Assembly: GCA_035285865.1 (NCBI GenBank)
Contig: JAYKHS010000022.1
Location: forward strand, 32,001-96,000
Direction: 5' to 3'
Source: Candidatus Sericytochromatia bacterium
Lineage (GTDB): Bacteria; Cyanobacteriota; Sericytochromatia; S15B-MN24; VGJW01
Length of the DNA stretch: 64,000 nt
Shown: piece after piece, positions 10,301 through 18,698 of the stretch
How positions within the stretch are numbered: the stretch's first letter is position 1
Layout: each line of letters starts with the position of its first letter
Program-made: the position numbers and the translations under genes
Notes under the pieces: generated by a model
The model's database searches: none
What the model was told of the DNA's origin: nothing
Seen by the model: only the letters and a program-made list of their open reading frames with translations

Positions 10301-11961
10301 TCGAGCCTTATGGGCAGGCCCGCAGCCGACAGGGCTTCGAGCGGCATTCTCGATACGTCGAACGATCCCTGCCAGCGCCGCTGCCGGTCAAGGTGGCCCG
10401 TGAGGCTGATTTTTCCGCCGCGAGCCCGGGCCTCCAAGGAACGAACGTGGACCCCGTCCGGGTCGATTTCCAGTTCCGTGGCGAGGGCAGCGAGGTCCTG
10501 CGCGCCGATGGTGAGGGCCCGTCCCGTCGTGCGGATATTTGTCCGGGTCGTGCCTGCGGCGCCCCGGACGCGGACGTGGCCGTCGAGTGCGCCGCTCATG
10601 CGCGGCACCTTGATGACGTAGGGACGCAGCAACCGATCGGGGGCGACGGATTGGAAGTCGAGATCGGCCGACAAGGGGGCGCCCGGCAAGAGGCCGAAGC
10701 GCGCCGAGCCCGTGGCGATCCCGCCAAGGCCCTTGACGTGGATGTCGGGCACGTCGACGAAGTCGCCGCGCATCCGGGCAAACGCCGTGGCCTCGTCCAC
10801 GGGGGCACCGAGCGCTCGTGGCCCCTCGGTCCTGACGGTGATGTCCGTCTCTGGGGCGAGCACGTCACCGCGGACGGAAGCCGTCGCCCCGGCCTTGCCC
10901 ACGAGCTTGAAGTCCGCGAGGTCCGGCAACAGCGGGGTCAGGCTGGCCAGATCAATGGCCGGGGCCTCGACTTCCATGGCGAGGGGCGGACGCAGCGGCC
11001 CCAGCGTGACTGTTCCGGTCGCCCGGAAGGCGTTGCCGGCGAGTGTGCCCTCGATGCGCTTGAAGTCGAGCAGTCGTTCCGTCAGGGTCATCTCGAGGCT
11101 GCCGTTCTCGAGGGGCAGTCGGACACCCTGCTGGCGCATGCGGATGCCCCGGGCGGAGACGGAGCCGGCCATCCGGAAGGCCTTGGGCCTTGGCAGCTCG
11201 TAGTGCACGCCGAGGCGCACGTTGGCCTCGCCGGCGAGGAACGTCTGTTTTTCGGGCGGGAAGATGTAGGGGAACCAGCCTGCCGCGATCGGGCCATCCA
11301 CCCGGGCATCCAGGTCCCCGTTGCCCGACAGCGCGTGGTGGCTGCCCTCGAGATGGGCCGTTATGGTGCCCTCGCGCAGGTCGGTTTTCCATGTCCACAA
11401 ATCCCCACGACCTTCCACGACGAGGTTCGTGGCCACGAGATCACGGGCAAAGGGGCCGATGGGACCGCCCTTGACCTTGGCCGTGTCTGTCCAGGACAGG
11501 CGCGCCTCGGGCACGCGGATCCGCAGCGGGGGCCATTTCAGGCCATTGGGGTCGGGCGGGGGCAGGCGGGGCGGGACGAGCGCGACCCGGCCATCGGCCA
11601 GCCGTCGGGCCTTCAGTTCGGCACCTTCCACCAGCACCTCGATGGGGCGCGGTCCCAGCCGCAGCACGTGCCACGGATGGAACCGCACCGTGACGAGCCG
11701 CGCCTTGCCCAGCTGCGGGGCGCTGGGTCCCAGTCCTGCATCCAGAACGACGTCGTGGGCGCGTATTTCCCGCCAGACGGGGCCATCCAGACGGCCGACG
11801 CGGACGCGCCAGCCCACTTGTGCGGCCACGCCTGCCGTCAGGGCATGGCGGGCTTGGTCCAGGAGCAGGGCACGATCGCTCCACGCGCGCACGCCGAGGA
11901 AGGCGAGCACCAGCAGCACCAAGGCTGCGAGACCCGCCAACAGGCGTTCCAGGACCTTCAA
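7354..11961 (-). CDS. Translocation/assembly module TamB (AsmA-like, DUF490) protein
   Basis: 1535 aa; N-terminal TM anchor, long amphipathic beta-strand repeats (GxxxxPxxxG), C-terminal beta-signal-like LSLQLRWRGRF. Confidence 0.8.
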   Translation of the reverse strand: MKVLERLLAGLAALVLLVLAFLGVRAWSDRALLLDQARHALTAGVAAQVGWRVRVGRLDGPVWREIRAHDVVLDAGLGPSAPQLGKARLVTVRFHPWHVLRLGPRPIEVLVEGAELKARRLADGRVALVPPRLPPPDPNGLKWPPLRIRVPEARLSWTDTAKVKGGPIGPFARDLVATNLVVEGRGDLWTWKTDLREGTITAHLEGSHHALSGNGDLDARVDGPIAAGWFPYIFPPEKQTFLAGEANVRLGVHYELPRPKAFRMAGSVSARGIRMRQQGVRLPLENGSLEMTLTERLLDFKRIEGTLAGNAFRATGTVTLGPLRPPLAMEVEAPAIDLASLTPLLPDLADFKLVGKAGATASVRGDVLAPETDITVRTEGPRALGAPVDEATAFARMRGDFVDVPDIHVKGLGGIATGSARFGLLPGAPLSADLDFQSVAPDRLLRPYVIKVPRMSGALDGHVRVRGAAGTTRTNIRTTGRALTIGAQDLAALATELEIDPDGVHVRSLEARARGGKISLTGHLDRQRRWQGSFDVSRMPLEALSAAGLPIRLEGVLTGEGLVDIPLDRPEGWRGQGKVRLRETRAEGWPMPKAEGRMVLHGQTLALPEIRAMIGDRDGSGEIRGSGIVHLPDAGRPSRLHLELLAEGIDLAALGRPIRQVAPKAGSVSGRIDLPFATIDAEGPRWRVATRLRAQAIDASEWGQVEQADGQLIVSPESLWLPEAHVTAGGQTLNFSGTWALQPGGRHDLDIPVADVDLQPLLAAVHWDRVLEGTILADTLGQGAARTRTRPWVNLPERAPTSRTELEPWLEAYGHWLRNHRVPDPPDPRTVLGSHPIWEEVRGRLTGRLHIGGDGRHPAWSMDLAGTSLSVYDHPLVLGPCQASGSRDRIELHGLDLVADNGLNIRGEGQLGGEGIIFDLAGLDLAWADPWLRSRNLTVTGKAGARIRLLGVPADPALVFEARATGGTLDVLKYDEARVSGRYEGGRLNLDDATIIAGDRRTRLYGVIPIGAELTEEPMALSLGVEGPSLGIVSTLTKGLVEWQGGDGYLRMRILGTRAAPRLAGVLELSRARLGIRTLMQPLTDVDVRAVIGDGIIKVTRAEGLLGGGRVAATGFVTMKQFTLDGLDLAAQVRGARVALKSGLYDGQVDAALRVGGTLKKPRIAGQVAVSSGTLDLGVDPPEDDEDDPATPVVLDRLVVTLKDTMRVFQPNLMDVRVAGNLIVEGLLDLPDPKGQITVVPVGSKVTTFYTNDFRVTEGTVEFVGSGRTDLANLRGPKPTMKQLLAGTQVRVVATGNVRDSEGLRTAADGTTGQVVKVTATIDGTLASLNNRFTSDPPGYTQQELERMVGKPQLVSNLFILAQGNVASASTDLAREFAPGLVNFALNRIVQPLVDPLTRNLLLSDLSFDIVNNARTTTGLDPNQGFLGGFNMALSGETITLGPVSGSGRYVFRRGNQTLGAQNNVDLWRAGLNMQLSQNLALTTQIEQADRLATLTGVGVPAIQTDVRQWLNPDLGANSSTEFILSLQLRWRGRF

Positions 11962-12040
11962 CGTGACGCCCTCCCGGGGCGCATCACCATTTTAGTCGTC
12001 GGGGCGATGGCGCGGTGTGATCACCTTGGCATCGGATGCG

Positions 12041-13285
12041 TCAGCGCAGGTTCACGGCTTTCCACGCGTCCAGCAGGCCGTGCCCCGTCTCGATGTCGAA
12101 GCCCGGCGTGGCCACGTCACGGGTGCCCGCCGTCAGTTGCTTGTGGAGGGTCTTTGCCGTCCACTCGGGATGAAGCGAGGCGAGGAGGGCGGCGAGGCCA
12201 GCGGCGTGAGGGGTGGCCATCGAGGTGCCGCTCAGGCTGCCGTAGCCGCGGCCGAGGCCTTCCTGCCGGGACATGGTGACGTCGTAGGTGGGCGTAGTGG
12301 ACAGGATGCCGGAGCCGGGCGCGGTGACGGATATCCACGAGCCGAAGTTCGAGAACGAGGAGCGCTGACCCTCGCGGTCGATGGAGCCGACGGCCAGCAC
12401 GCCGGGCATGGCTGCCGGGTACTCCTGCTGCTGGGCACCTTCGTTACCCATGGCGGCGACGATGAGGCATCCCTTGGCCTGAGCGTAGCGGATGGCCTCG
12501 CCCAGTGCTTGGCCGCCACCTGAGCCGCCCAACGACAGGTTGATGATTCGGGCCCCGTGGTCTGCAGCCCAGACGAGGCCGGCCACGATGTCGGCCGTGT
12601 GCCCGCCGCCTTCGGCATCCAGCACCTTCACGGGCATGACCCGGCAACCCGGGGCCACGCCGGCCACGCCCAAGCCGTTGTTGGCCTCGGCCACGATGGT
12701 GCCGGCCACGTGGGTACCATGTCCGTTGTCGTCCGCCGGGCCGCTTCGGCCGGTCACGAAGGACTTGCCTTCCACCAGCCGGGTGCGCAGGTCAGGATGG
12801 GAGAGGTCGACGCCGGTGTCGAGGACGGCCACCACCACGCGGCTGTCGCCACGGGTCAGCGTCCAGGCAGCGGGCACGCGCATCGCATCGAGGCCCCACT
12901 GGGACGAGCGCCCGGGGTCGTTCACCGTCGTGCGGATGCTGAGGTGCCGGTCCGGTTCGGCCCAGGACACGCCCGGCAGGGAGGAAAGCCGGGCCATGGC
13001 ATCGGCGGCACGCGTGCCACCGGGAAGGCGCAACGTGGCGAGGCCGAGCTGGGGAATCTCGCGCAGGGTGGTGGCGCCGAACTGCCGTGCGACTAAGCCG
13101 GCGCCACCGGGAGCCGTCGTGCGAACCAGCAGGCGATCCGTGGCGTTGCTGGCCTCGGCATCGCGCGCGGTCACGGCACCGATGGCCGCAGGGTTCGTGG
13201 CCGGCGCCCCGCATCCCGACAGCACGAGGGCCGCGGCCACGGGGGCCAGGGCCTTCGGCCGGAGCAGGGAGGGAATGCCGCGCAT
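12041..13285 (-). CDS. S8 subtilisin-like serine protease lipoprotein
   Basis: Triad motifs VLDTG, HGTHVAG, GTSMATP; lipobox LSGC; propeptide region. Confidence 0.95.
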   Translation of the reverse strand: MRGIPSLLRPKALAPVAAALVLSGCGAPATNPAAIGAVTARDAEASNATDRLLVRTTAPGGAGLVARQFGATTLREIPQLGLATLRLPGGTRAADAMARLSSLPGVSWAEPDRHLSIRTTVNDPGRSSQWGLDAMRVPAAWTLTRGDSRVVVAVLDTGVDLSHPDLRTRLVEGKSFVTGRSGPADDNGHGTHVAGTIVAEANNGLGVAGVAPGCRVMPVKVLDAEGGGHTADIVAGLVWAADHGARIINLSLGGSGGGQALGEAIRYAQAKGCLIVAAMGNEGAQQQEYPAAMPGVLAVGSIDREGQRSSFSNFGSWISVTAPGSGILSTTPTYDVTMSRQEGLGRGYGSLSGTSMATPHAAGLAALLASLHPEWTAKTLHKQLTAGTRDVATPGFDIETGHGLLDAWKAVNLR

Positions 13286-13408
13286 GTCCTGATTGTCGCC
13301 GCAGCGACCTGCGATTGTTCTTGTGGTTGGGTTAAGAGAGGGTGGAGATTGGGTGGTGGCGGGCTTGGCGGGACGTGGCTAGGATGGAGTTTCCTGGAGG
13401 GACGGGGC

Positions 13409-13678
13409 ATGCCGAGGGACGATCTGGACGCGTGGTTCCGCACCCATCCGCGCCTTCGCCGCTACCACATGATCTACGACGGCCAACAGGCCCGGGGGGT
13501 GCGCCAGGCGCAGCGATCGAGCTGGATCGCGCTGCTCGTGCTGGTGCTGGGCCTCTACACGGCGGCCGCGCTCCGGATGGGCTCCTGGTGGGCCCCGCTG
13601 GAGCTGTTCAAGAGCCGATTGACGGCTCCGCATGCCGCATCCCCGCCGTCCGTCGAGGTCCTGCCGTCTCGTCACTGA
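13409..13678 (+). CDS. Small hypothetical membrane protein
   Basis: GGAGG SD before ATG 13409, one hydrophobic helix (WIALLVLVLGLY); fills gap before glgP. Confidence 0.55.
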   Translation: MPRDDLDAWFRTHPRLRRYHMIYDGQQARGVRQAQRSSWIALLVLVLGLYTAAALRMGSWWAPLELFKSRLTAPHAASPPSVEVLPSRH

Positions 13679-13736
13679 GGGTCGGTGCCGGCCGGTTTGC
13701 TATCATCAAGGTCTGTCCCCAACTTCGGAGGCCTTC

Positions 13737-16289
13737 GTGAAGCTGCTCGGCCGCATTGCCGTCTTTCCGTCCATTCCGCGTCGCCTCGAGCGGCTCGAGG
13801 AACTGGCCCACAACCTGTGGTGGTGCTGGAATCCTGATGCCACGGCACTATTCCGGGAACTGTCCCCCGAAGTCTGGGAGCGTGTAGGCCACAACCCCGT
13901 GAAGCTCCTCTCCGAGGTCGATCAGGTCCTGCTTGACGAGGCGGCACGGAATACTCACTACCTCGAGCGTCTCGACCGTGTTCTCGGTCAGTTCGATGCT
14001 TACATGCGGGCTTCCGACACGTGGTTTGCCCGGACCTGCCCGGAACGCCGCGGAGATCTCATCGCCTACTTCTCGGCCGAGTTCGGTCTGCACGAGAGCC
14101 TGCCCATCTACTCGGGCGGTCTCGGCGTCCTGTCCGGCGATCATTGCAAGAGTGCCAGCGACCTCGGTCTGCCCTTCGTGGCGATCGGCTTGCTGTACAA
14201 CCACGGCTACTTTCGTCAGCGGATCAATCCAGCGGGCATCCAGGAAGCCCTCTACGATCGCCTGACCTTCTCCGAACTGCCGATGAAACCGGCCGAAGCC
14301 CCCGAAGGCGGGCCCGTGATCGTCGGCGTCGAATTGCCCGGCAGGACGGTCTGGGCCAAGGTCTGGCAGGTCCGCGTCGGTCGGATCACCATCTACCTTC
14401 TGGACACCGACATTCCCGAGAATGGGACCGAGGATCGGGGACTGTCCGCCAAGTTGTACGGCGGGGACCATGAGATGCGGATTGCCCAGGAAGTCATCCT
14501 CGGGATCGGTGGCGTTCGGGCCATCAGGGCACTGGGCCTGCGTCCCACCGTCTGGCATCTGAACGAGGGCCACTCGGCGTTCTCCGGCCTGGAGCGAATC
14601 CGCGAACTGGTCGAAGAAGAGGGTCATGGACTGTCCGAGGCCATCGAGGCGGTGTCCGCGGCCTCCGTCTTCACGACTCACACGCCTGTTCCGGCGGGTA
14701 ACGATGCCTTCGGGTTCGACCTGATCATGCGCACGTTCGGTCGCTTCATCCCGCGACTCGGCTTGAGTCCCGATGATTTTCTGGCCTTGGCCGCTCACGA
14801 TCCCCATGGGACCGGTCCCCTGTTCAGCATGACGGTGCTGGCCCTGCGCCTCTCCAAGCAGGCCAACGGCGTCAGCCTGCTGCACGGCGAGGTCTCCCGG
14901 AAAATCTGGGAGGACCTCTGGCCGGATGTGCCGACAGCAGAGCGGCCTATCGGCGCAGTGACCAACGGTATCCACACCGAGACCTGGCTGGCGCCCGAGA
15001 TCGCGCAGTTGCACGACCGCTGGGCAGCGCCGCGTTGGCGTGAAGAACTGGCGAATCCCGACACTTGGCTTGGACTCGACCGCCTGCCGGACACGGATCT
15101 CTGGCAGGCGCGCAACATCCTGCGCACCCGTCTGGTCGAGGTCATCCGCAGCCGGGCGCGCGTTCGGCGTCAGCGCCTGGGCGATGCCCCGGCGAGGATT
15201 GCCGCGGCCGAGACCATCCTGAATCCGGATGCCCTGACGATCGGTTTCGCACGGCGCTTTGCCACCTACAAGCGCGCAGCTCTGCTCTTCAGGGACCCCG
15301 AGCGGTTGGCCCGCATCGTCAGTCAGGCGGGTCGGCCCGTCCAGTTCCTGTTTGCCGGCAAGGCGCATCCGGCCGACGTGCCGGGCCGCGAGGTCATCCG
15401 GCAGGTCATGGAGATGTCGAAGCAACCCGAGTTCGCGCACGCGGTCTTCTTCGTCGAGGACTACGACATGAATGTGGCGCGTCACTTGGTGCAGGGTGTC
15501 GACGTCTGGCTCAACAACCCCCGCAGACCGCTCGAGGCCAGCGGTACCAGCGGCCAGAAGGCTGCTGCAAACGGCGTGCTCAATGCCTCCGTGCTTGATG
15601 GCTGGTGGGAGGAAGGCTGCGATGGCCGGAACGGCTGGGCCATCGGTCAGGCGCTCGATTATCCGGACGAGGACGCGCAGGACGAGGCGGATGCCCAAGC
15701 GTTGTATGACCTGCTCGAGCACGAGATCGTACCACTCTTCTATGATCGCGATGCGCGCGGCGTGCCTACCGGTTGGGTGGAGCGTTCCCGACACGCGATC
15801 CAATCCTTGACGTGGCGCTTCAGCACCCACCGGATGCTTGAGGACTACACCAGCAAGCTCTACCGGCCCGCCATGGATGCCGGCAAGGCGATGGTCGAGA
15901 ACGGTCTGGCGACCGCCCGAGAGCTGTCTGGTTGGAAGCGGCGTGTCCGACGCCACTGGGATGAGGTGCGGGTTGCCGCCACGCTGCCTCCCCACGGCAA
16001 GGTGGTGGTGGGGGAGTCCGTGACGCTCGAGGCGCGGGTGCGTCTTGGCGAACTCACGCCCGGAGACGTCGCCGTGGAGCTCTGCCACGGGCCGTGCGTC
16101 GGCGGAGTGCCCGGCGAACACCACGTGACGACGATGGAGCGCCTGGGTCAGGACGAAGAGGGCGCCTGGCACTACCGGGCCTCGGTCGCTCCGGTGTCGG
16201 GCGGGGAGTTCGGCCTCGCCGTCCGGGTGCGGCCGGCGCACGCCGCGATGCTCCATCCCCATGAGACGGGACGGGTGCGCTGGGCCTGA
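13737..16289 (+). CDS. glgP: Alpha-glucan (glycogen/starch) phosphorylase
   Basis: AYFSAEFG, YSGGLGVLSGD, HLNEGH, FARRFATYKRA, EASGTSGQK PLP-lysine motif; GGAGG SD before GTG. Confidence 0.97.
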   Translation: MKLLGRIAVFPSIPRRLERLEELAHNLWWCWNPDATALFRELSPEVWERVGHNPVKLLSEVDQVLLDEAARNTHYLERLDRVLGQFDAYMRASDTWFARTCPERRGDLIAYFSAEFGLHESLPIYSGGLGVLSGDHCKSASDLGLPFVAIGLLYNHGYFRQRINPAGIQEALYDRLTFSELPMKPAEAPEGGPVIVGVELPGRTVWAKVWQVRVGRITIYLLDTDIPENGTEDRGLSAKLYGGDHEMRIAQEVILGIGGVRAIRALGLRPTVWHLNEGHSAFSGLERIRELVEEEGHGLSEAIEAVSAASVFTTHTPVPAGNDAFGFDLIMRTFGRFIPRLGLSPDDFLALAAHDPHGTGPLFSMTVLALRLSKQANGVSLLHGEVSRKIWEDLWPDVPTAERPIGAVTNGIHTETWLAPEIAQLHDRWAAPRWREELANPDTWLGLDRLPDTDLWQARNILRTRLVEVIRSRARVRRQRLGDAPARIAAAETILNPDALTIGFARRFATYKRAALLFRDPERLARIVSQAGRPVQFLFAGKAHPADVPGREVIRQVMEMSKQPEFAHAVFFVEDYDMNVARHLVQGVDVWLNNPRRPLEASGTSGQKAAANGVLNASVLDGWWEEGCDGRNGWAIGQALDYPDEDAQDEADAQALYDLLEHEIVPLFYDRDARGVPTGWVERSRHAIQSLTWRFSTHRMLEDYTSKLYRPAMDAGKAMVENGLATARELSGWKRRVRRHWDEVRVAATLPPHGKVVVGESVTLEARVRLGELTPGDVAVELCHGPCVGGVPGEHHVTTMERLGQDEEGAWHYRASVAPVSGGEFGLAVRVRPAHAAMLHPHETGRVRWA

Positions 16290-16306
16290 GTCCGGCACGT
16301 CGCGCA

Positions 16307-16343
16307 AAGGGGGCGGCAAACCTACCCGGTTTGCCGCCCCCTT
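16307..16343. terminator. Probable bidirectional intrinsic terminator
   Basis: 16-bp perfect stem aagggggcggcaaacc/ggtttgccgccccctt with 5-nt loop between convergent glgP and desaturase. Confidence 0.8.
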
Positions 16344-16352
16344 CCCGCAGGA

Positions 16353-17267
16353 TCACCAGTGGACGTTGCGGACGAGCCTGAACCGCTCGAAGACCCACAG
16401 CAACATTTTCGTCGCGTCGATCTCGTACCAGGCGAGTCCATGGCTGGCCCTGCGCGGATGGGCGTGGTGGTTGTTGTGCCACCCCTCGCCCAGCGACAGG
16501 ATCAGCAACGGTGCGTTGACGCTGTCGTCGGTGGTCTCGAAGCGGCGGTAGCCGAACCAGCTTTTGTGCGTCAGCGAGTTGATGGCATACGTGTGGTGCG
16601 ACATCACGATCCACGGCAGGTAGAGGGCGTGGAGCATGAGGGGCAGGCCGCCGACGGCATAGAGAGCCGCGGCCACGATGACGTGCGGAATCATGAAGAA
16701 GCCCGGCCGCTCGAGCCAGCGCAGGTAGGGGACGCGCCGACAGTCTTCGGCCAACGGTCGGATGGCATCGTCGAGGTCGGAGGGCTCGCGCAGGAACCAC
16801 TTCATGTGGGCGTGCAGCAGGCCATGTCGCGGGCTGTGCAGGTCGTTCTCGGTGTCGCTGGCCTTGTGGTGATGGCGGTGGTGGCTGACCCAGCCGACGG
16901 GATCACCGGACAGGCCGACCGCGCTGCCCATCGCGAACAGGAATCCCAGTGGCTCCTTCATCTCGAACCCGCGGTGCGTCAGGTAGCGGTGGAGGTAGAG
17001 CGTCACGGAGAAGCCCATCCAGAGGTACATGGCCAAGGCCACCCACGCGTCCCTGGCGGACCACGGCAGGGCGAGGCCCGCGAGTCCGAGGACGTGGGGC
17101 ACGATGATCCACGCCACGTAGATCGGGTTCAGCGGAGTCTTGCGTATCAACGCGGACGTGCTTTCCGCCGCACGGCCCTTGGCCAGGTTCGCCAGGGTGG
17201 GCAAGGACTCGGGTGGCAGTTGTTCCGCCAAGGGTGCGGGTCGTGGCCCGCGCATGACGATTCCCAT
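16353..17267 (-). CDS. Delta-9-type acyl-lipid/acyl-CoA fatty acid desaturase
   Basis: His boxes HRYLTH, HRHHH, HNNHH; NSLTH; GEGWH; WYEID. Confidence 0.93.
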   Translation of the reverse strand: MGIVMRGPRPAPLAEQLPPESLPTLANLAKGRAAESTSALIRKTPLNPIYVAWIIVPHVLGLAGLALPWSARDAWVALAMYLWMGFSVTLYLHRYLTHRGFEMKEPLGFLFAMGSAVGLSGDPVGWVSHHRHHHKASDTENDLHSPRHGLLHAHMKWFLREPSDLDDAIRPLAEDCRRVPYLRWLERPGFFMIPHVIVAAALYAVGGLPLMLHALYLPWIVMSHHTYAINSLTHKSWFGYRRFETTDDSVNAPLLILSLGEGWHNNHHAHPRRASHGLAWYEIDATKMLLWVFERFRLVRNVHW

Positions 17268-17444
17268 CGGACATCTTCCTCCTGAATCCCATGGTCGTGG
17301 GGGGGCGGCCTTATGTCGCTCATGGGCGTGTCACACACGTCATGGTTCGGTCATTTCCATTGCTGCGGGGCAAGCAAGTGCCGACCGTGCACGAGCGATA
17401 GAGAAATTGAGGCCCCCTTTTACTGATTTTTATGTGAGGTTCAC

Positions 17445-18056
17445 ATGGTCCGTCCCCTGCTGTCCGGCTTGCTGGTGGTCGCTGCGCTCTCCGGCTGCGG
17501 ACAGGCGACGCCCGGGGCGGTGCAGGGTGCGTCCGAGTCCATCACGTCACTGTCTCGTACGGGCCTGCAGCAGGCTAGCGTCCTGCTGGGCCAGGACATG
17601 TTGCGTCGCCTCGATGCCGATGGCGATGCCTGGGTCAGCCGGGATGAGTGGCTCAAGGCCGGCATGGACGACAACGAGTTCAAGAAGCTCGATCTGTCCC
17701 GTCAGGGACGCCTCGGCCTCAACGACCTGCTGCGCACCCAAGGATTCGTCGATTTCCGCCGCAAGGTCAACGACGTCGTAGCCAACCTGATGGGGCGCAT
17801 GGACACCGACAAGGATGCCGCCCTTTCCCGGATGGAGTTCCTGCAGGGCCTGCAGCAGGGGGCCATCGATCCGGCTCGGACGGGCCTCTCGATGACCTCG
17901 TTCAACCTGGCGGACAGGAACTACGACCAGAAACTGGTGGTGTCCGAGGTCGAGAACATGGTGGCGTTCAGTGTTGTGGAGGCGCAGTTGGCGGCGCAGG
18001 CACCGACGGTGCCTCCTTCGGCACCTGTCGCTTCAGCCAGCGCCAACCTCAGGTAG
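17445..18056 (+). CDS. EF-hand calcium-binding lipoprotein
   Basis: Lipobox LSGC; four EF-loop-like motifs DADGDAWVSRDE, DLSRQGRLGLND, DTDKDAALSRME, DRNYDQKLVVSE. Confidence 0.8.
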   Translation: MVRPLLSGLLVVAALSGCGQATPGAVQGASESITSLSRTGLQQASVLLGQDMLRRLDADGDAWVSRDEWLKAGMDDNEFKKLDLSRQGRLGLNDLLRTQGFVDFRRKVNDVVANLMGRMDTDKDAALSRMEFLQGLQQGAIDPARTGLSMTSFNLADRNYDQKLVVSEVENMVAFSVVEAQLAAQAPTVPPSAPVASASANLR

Positions 18057-18071
18057 CGGATCGCCCTTGGC

Positions 18072-18662
18072 TCAGAGCCAGCGGAACGTTGCCAGGCGAA
18101 GCGTGCTGTGCACTTGGCCGGTGCCCTCTCCGGCGGGTACCAGGCGGTCGCTGGGACCTTCCTCTTCCGAGGCTCGATCGATCATCATCGTGCAGAAGGC
18201 CAGCAGTTCCTGGCCTTGTACGGCTCGCCGGGACGGATGCCACGAGGCCACGCCTACGGCCAGCGTTCGATCAAGAGCCAGCCGCTCACGGACGGCCAGC
18301 TCCTCTGCTGCATCGTGCCAGCGTTGCAGAATGCGCTGGACCGGGACCTGCACCAGATCGTCCGATGTTCCGGGGAAGACCACGTAGTAGACGTCCCCCA
18401 TGGGCATGAACGCGTCGGGCTCGCGGCCCGTCCGGGTCCGGTGCCTGACGCTGCGCTTGAGGATGCCTGCCATCCGGCCGTGGTGCAGGGCCAGTGCGCT
18501 TCGGGCCCGCACGGCGTCCGCTGCTTCACCCAGTCGGTCGAGGACACGGATGCCCACGAGCGTGACCCAGCCGTCCTCGCGGGCGCAGTCGACCAGCTCC
18601 CGGTCGATCGTGCCGAGCAACGGCGTGAAGTCGGGAGTCTGGGTACGCTTGGTCCTGGGCAT
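18072..18662 (-). CDS. Degenerate stand-alone GGDEF-like domain protein
   Basis: GGDEF-like order of elements with REPD (RxxD) followed by MGDVY in place of GGDEF, then AVGVASW and ELL...IDRA. Confidence 0.5.
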   Translation of the reverse strand: MPRTKRTQTPDFTPLLGTIDRELVDCAREDGWVTLVGIRVLDRLGEAADAVRARSALALHHGRMAGILKRSVRHRTRTGREPDAFMPMGDVYYVVFPGTSDDLVQVPVQRILQRWHDAAEELAVRERLALDRTLAVGVASWHPSRRAVQGQELLAFCTMMIDRASEEEGPSDRLVPAGEGTGQVHSTLRLATFRWL

Positions 18663-18698
18663 CGGCTACATCCTTCGTGAGCCCCTTATGCCCGCCGA

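Noticed and set aside
7345..12279. Long plus-strand ORFs (535 aa and 735 aa) opposite the TamB-like gene
   Set aside because: Antisense shadows typical of high-GC coding DNA; no motifs, and the minus strand carries a coherent protein
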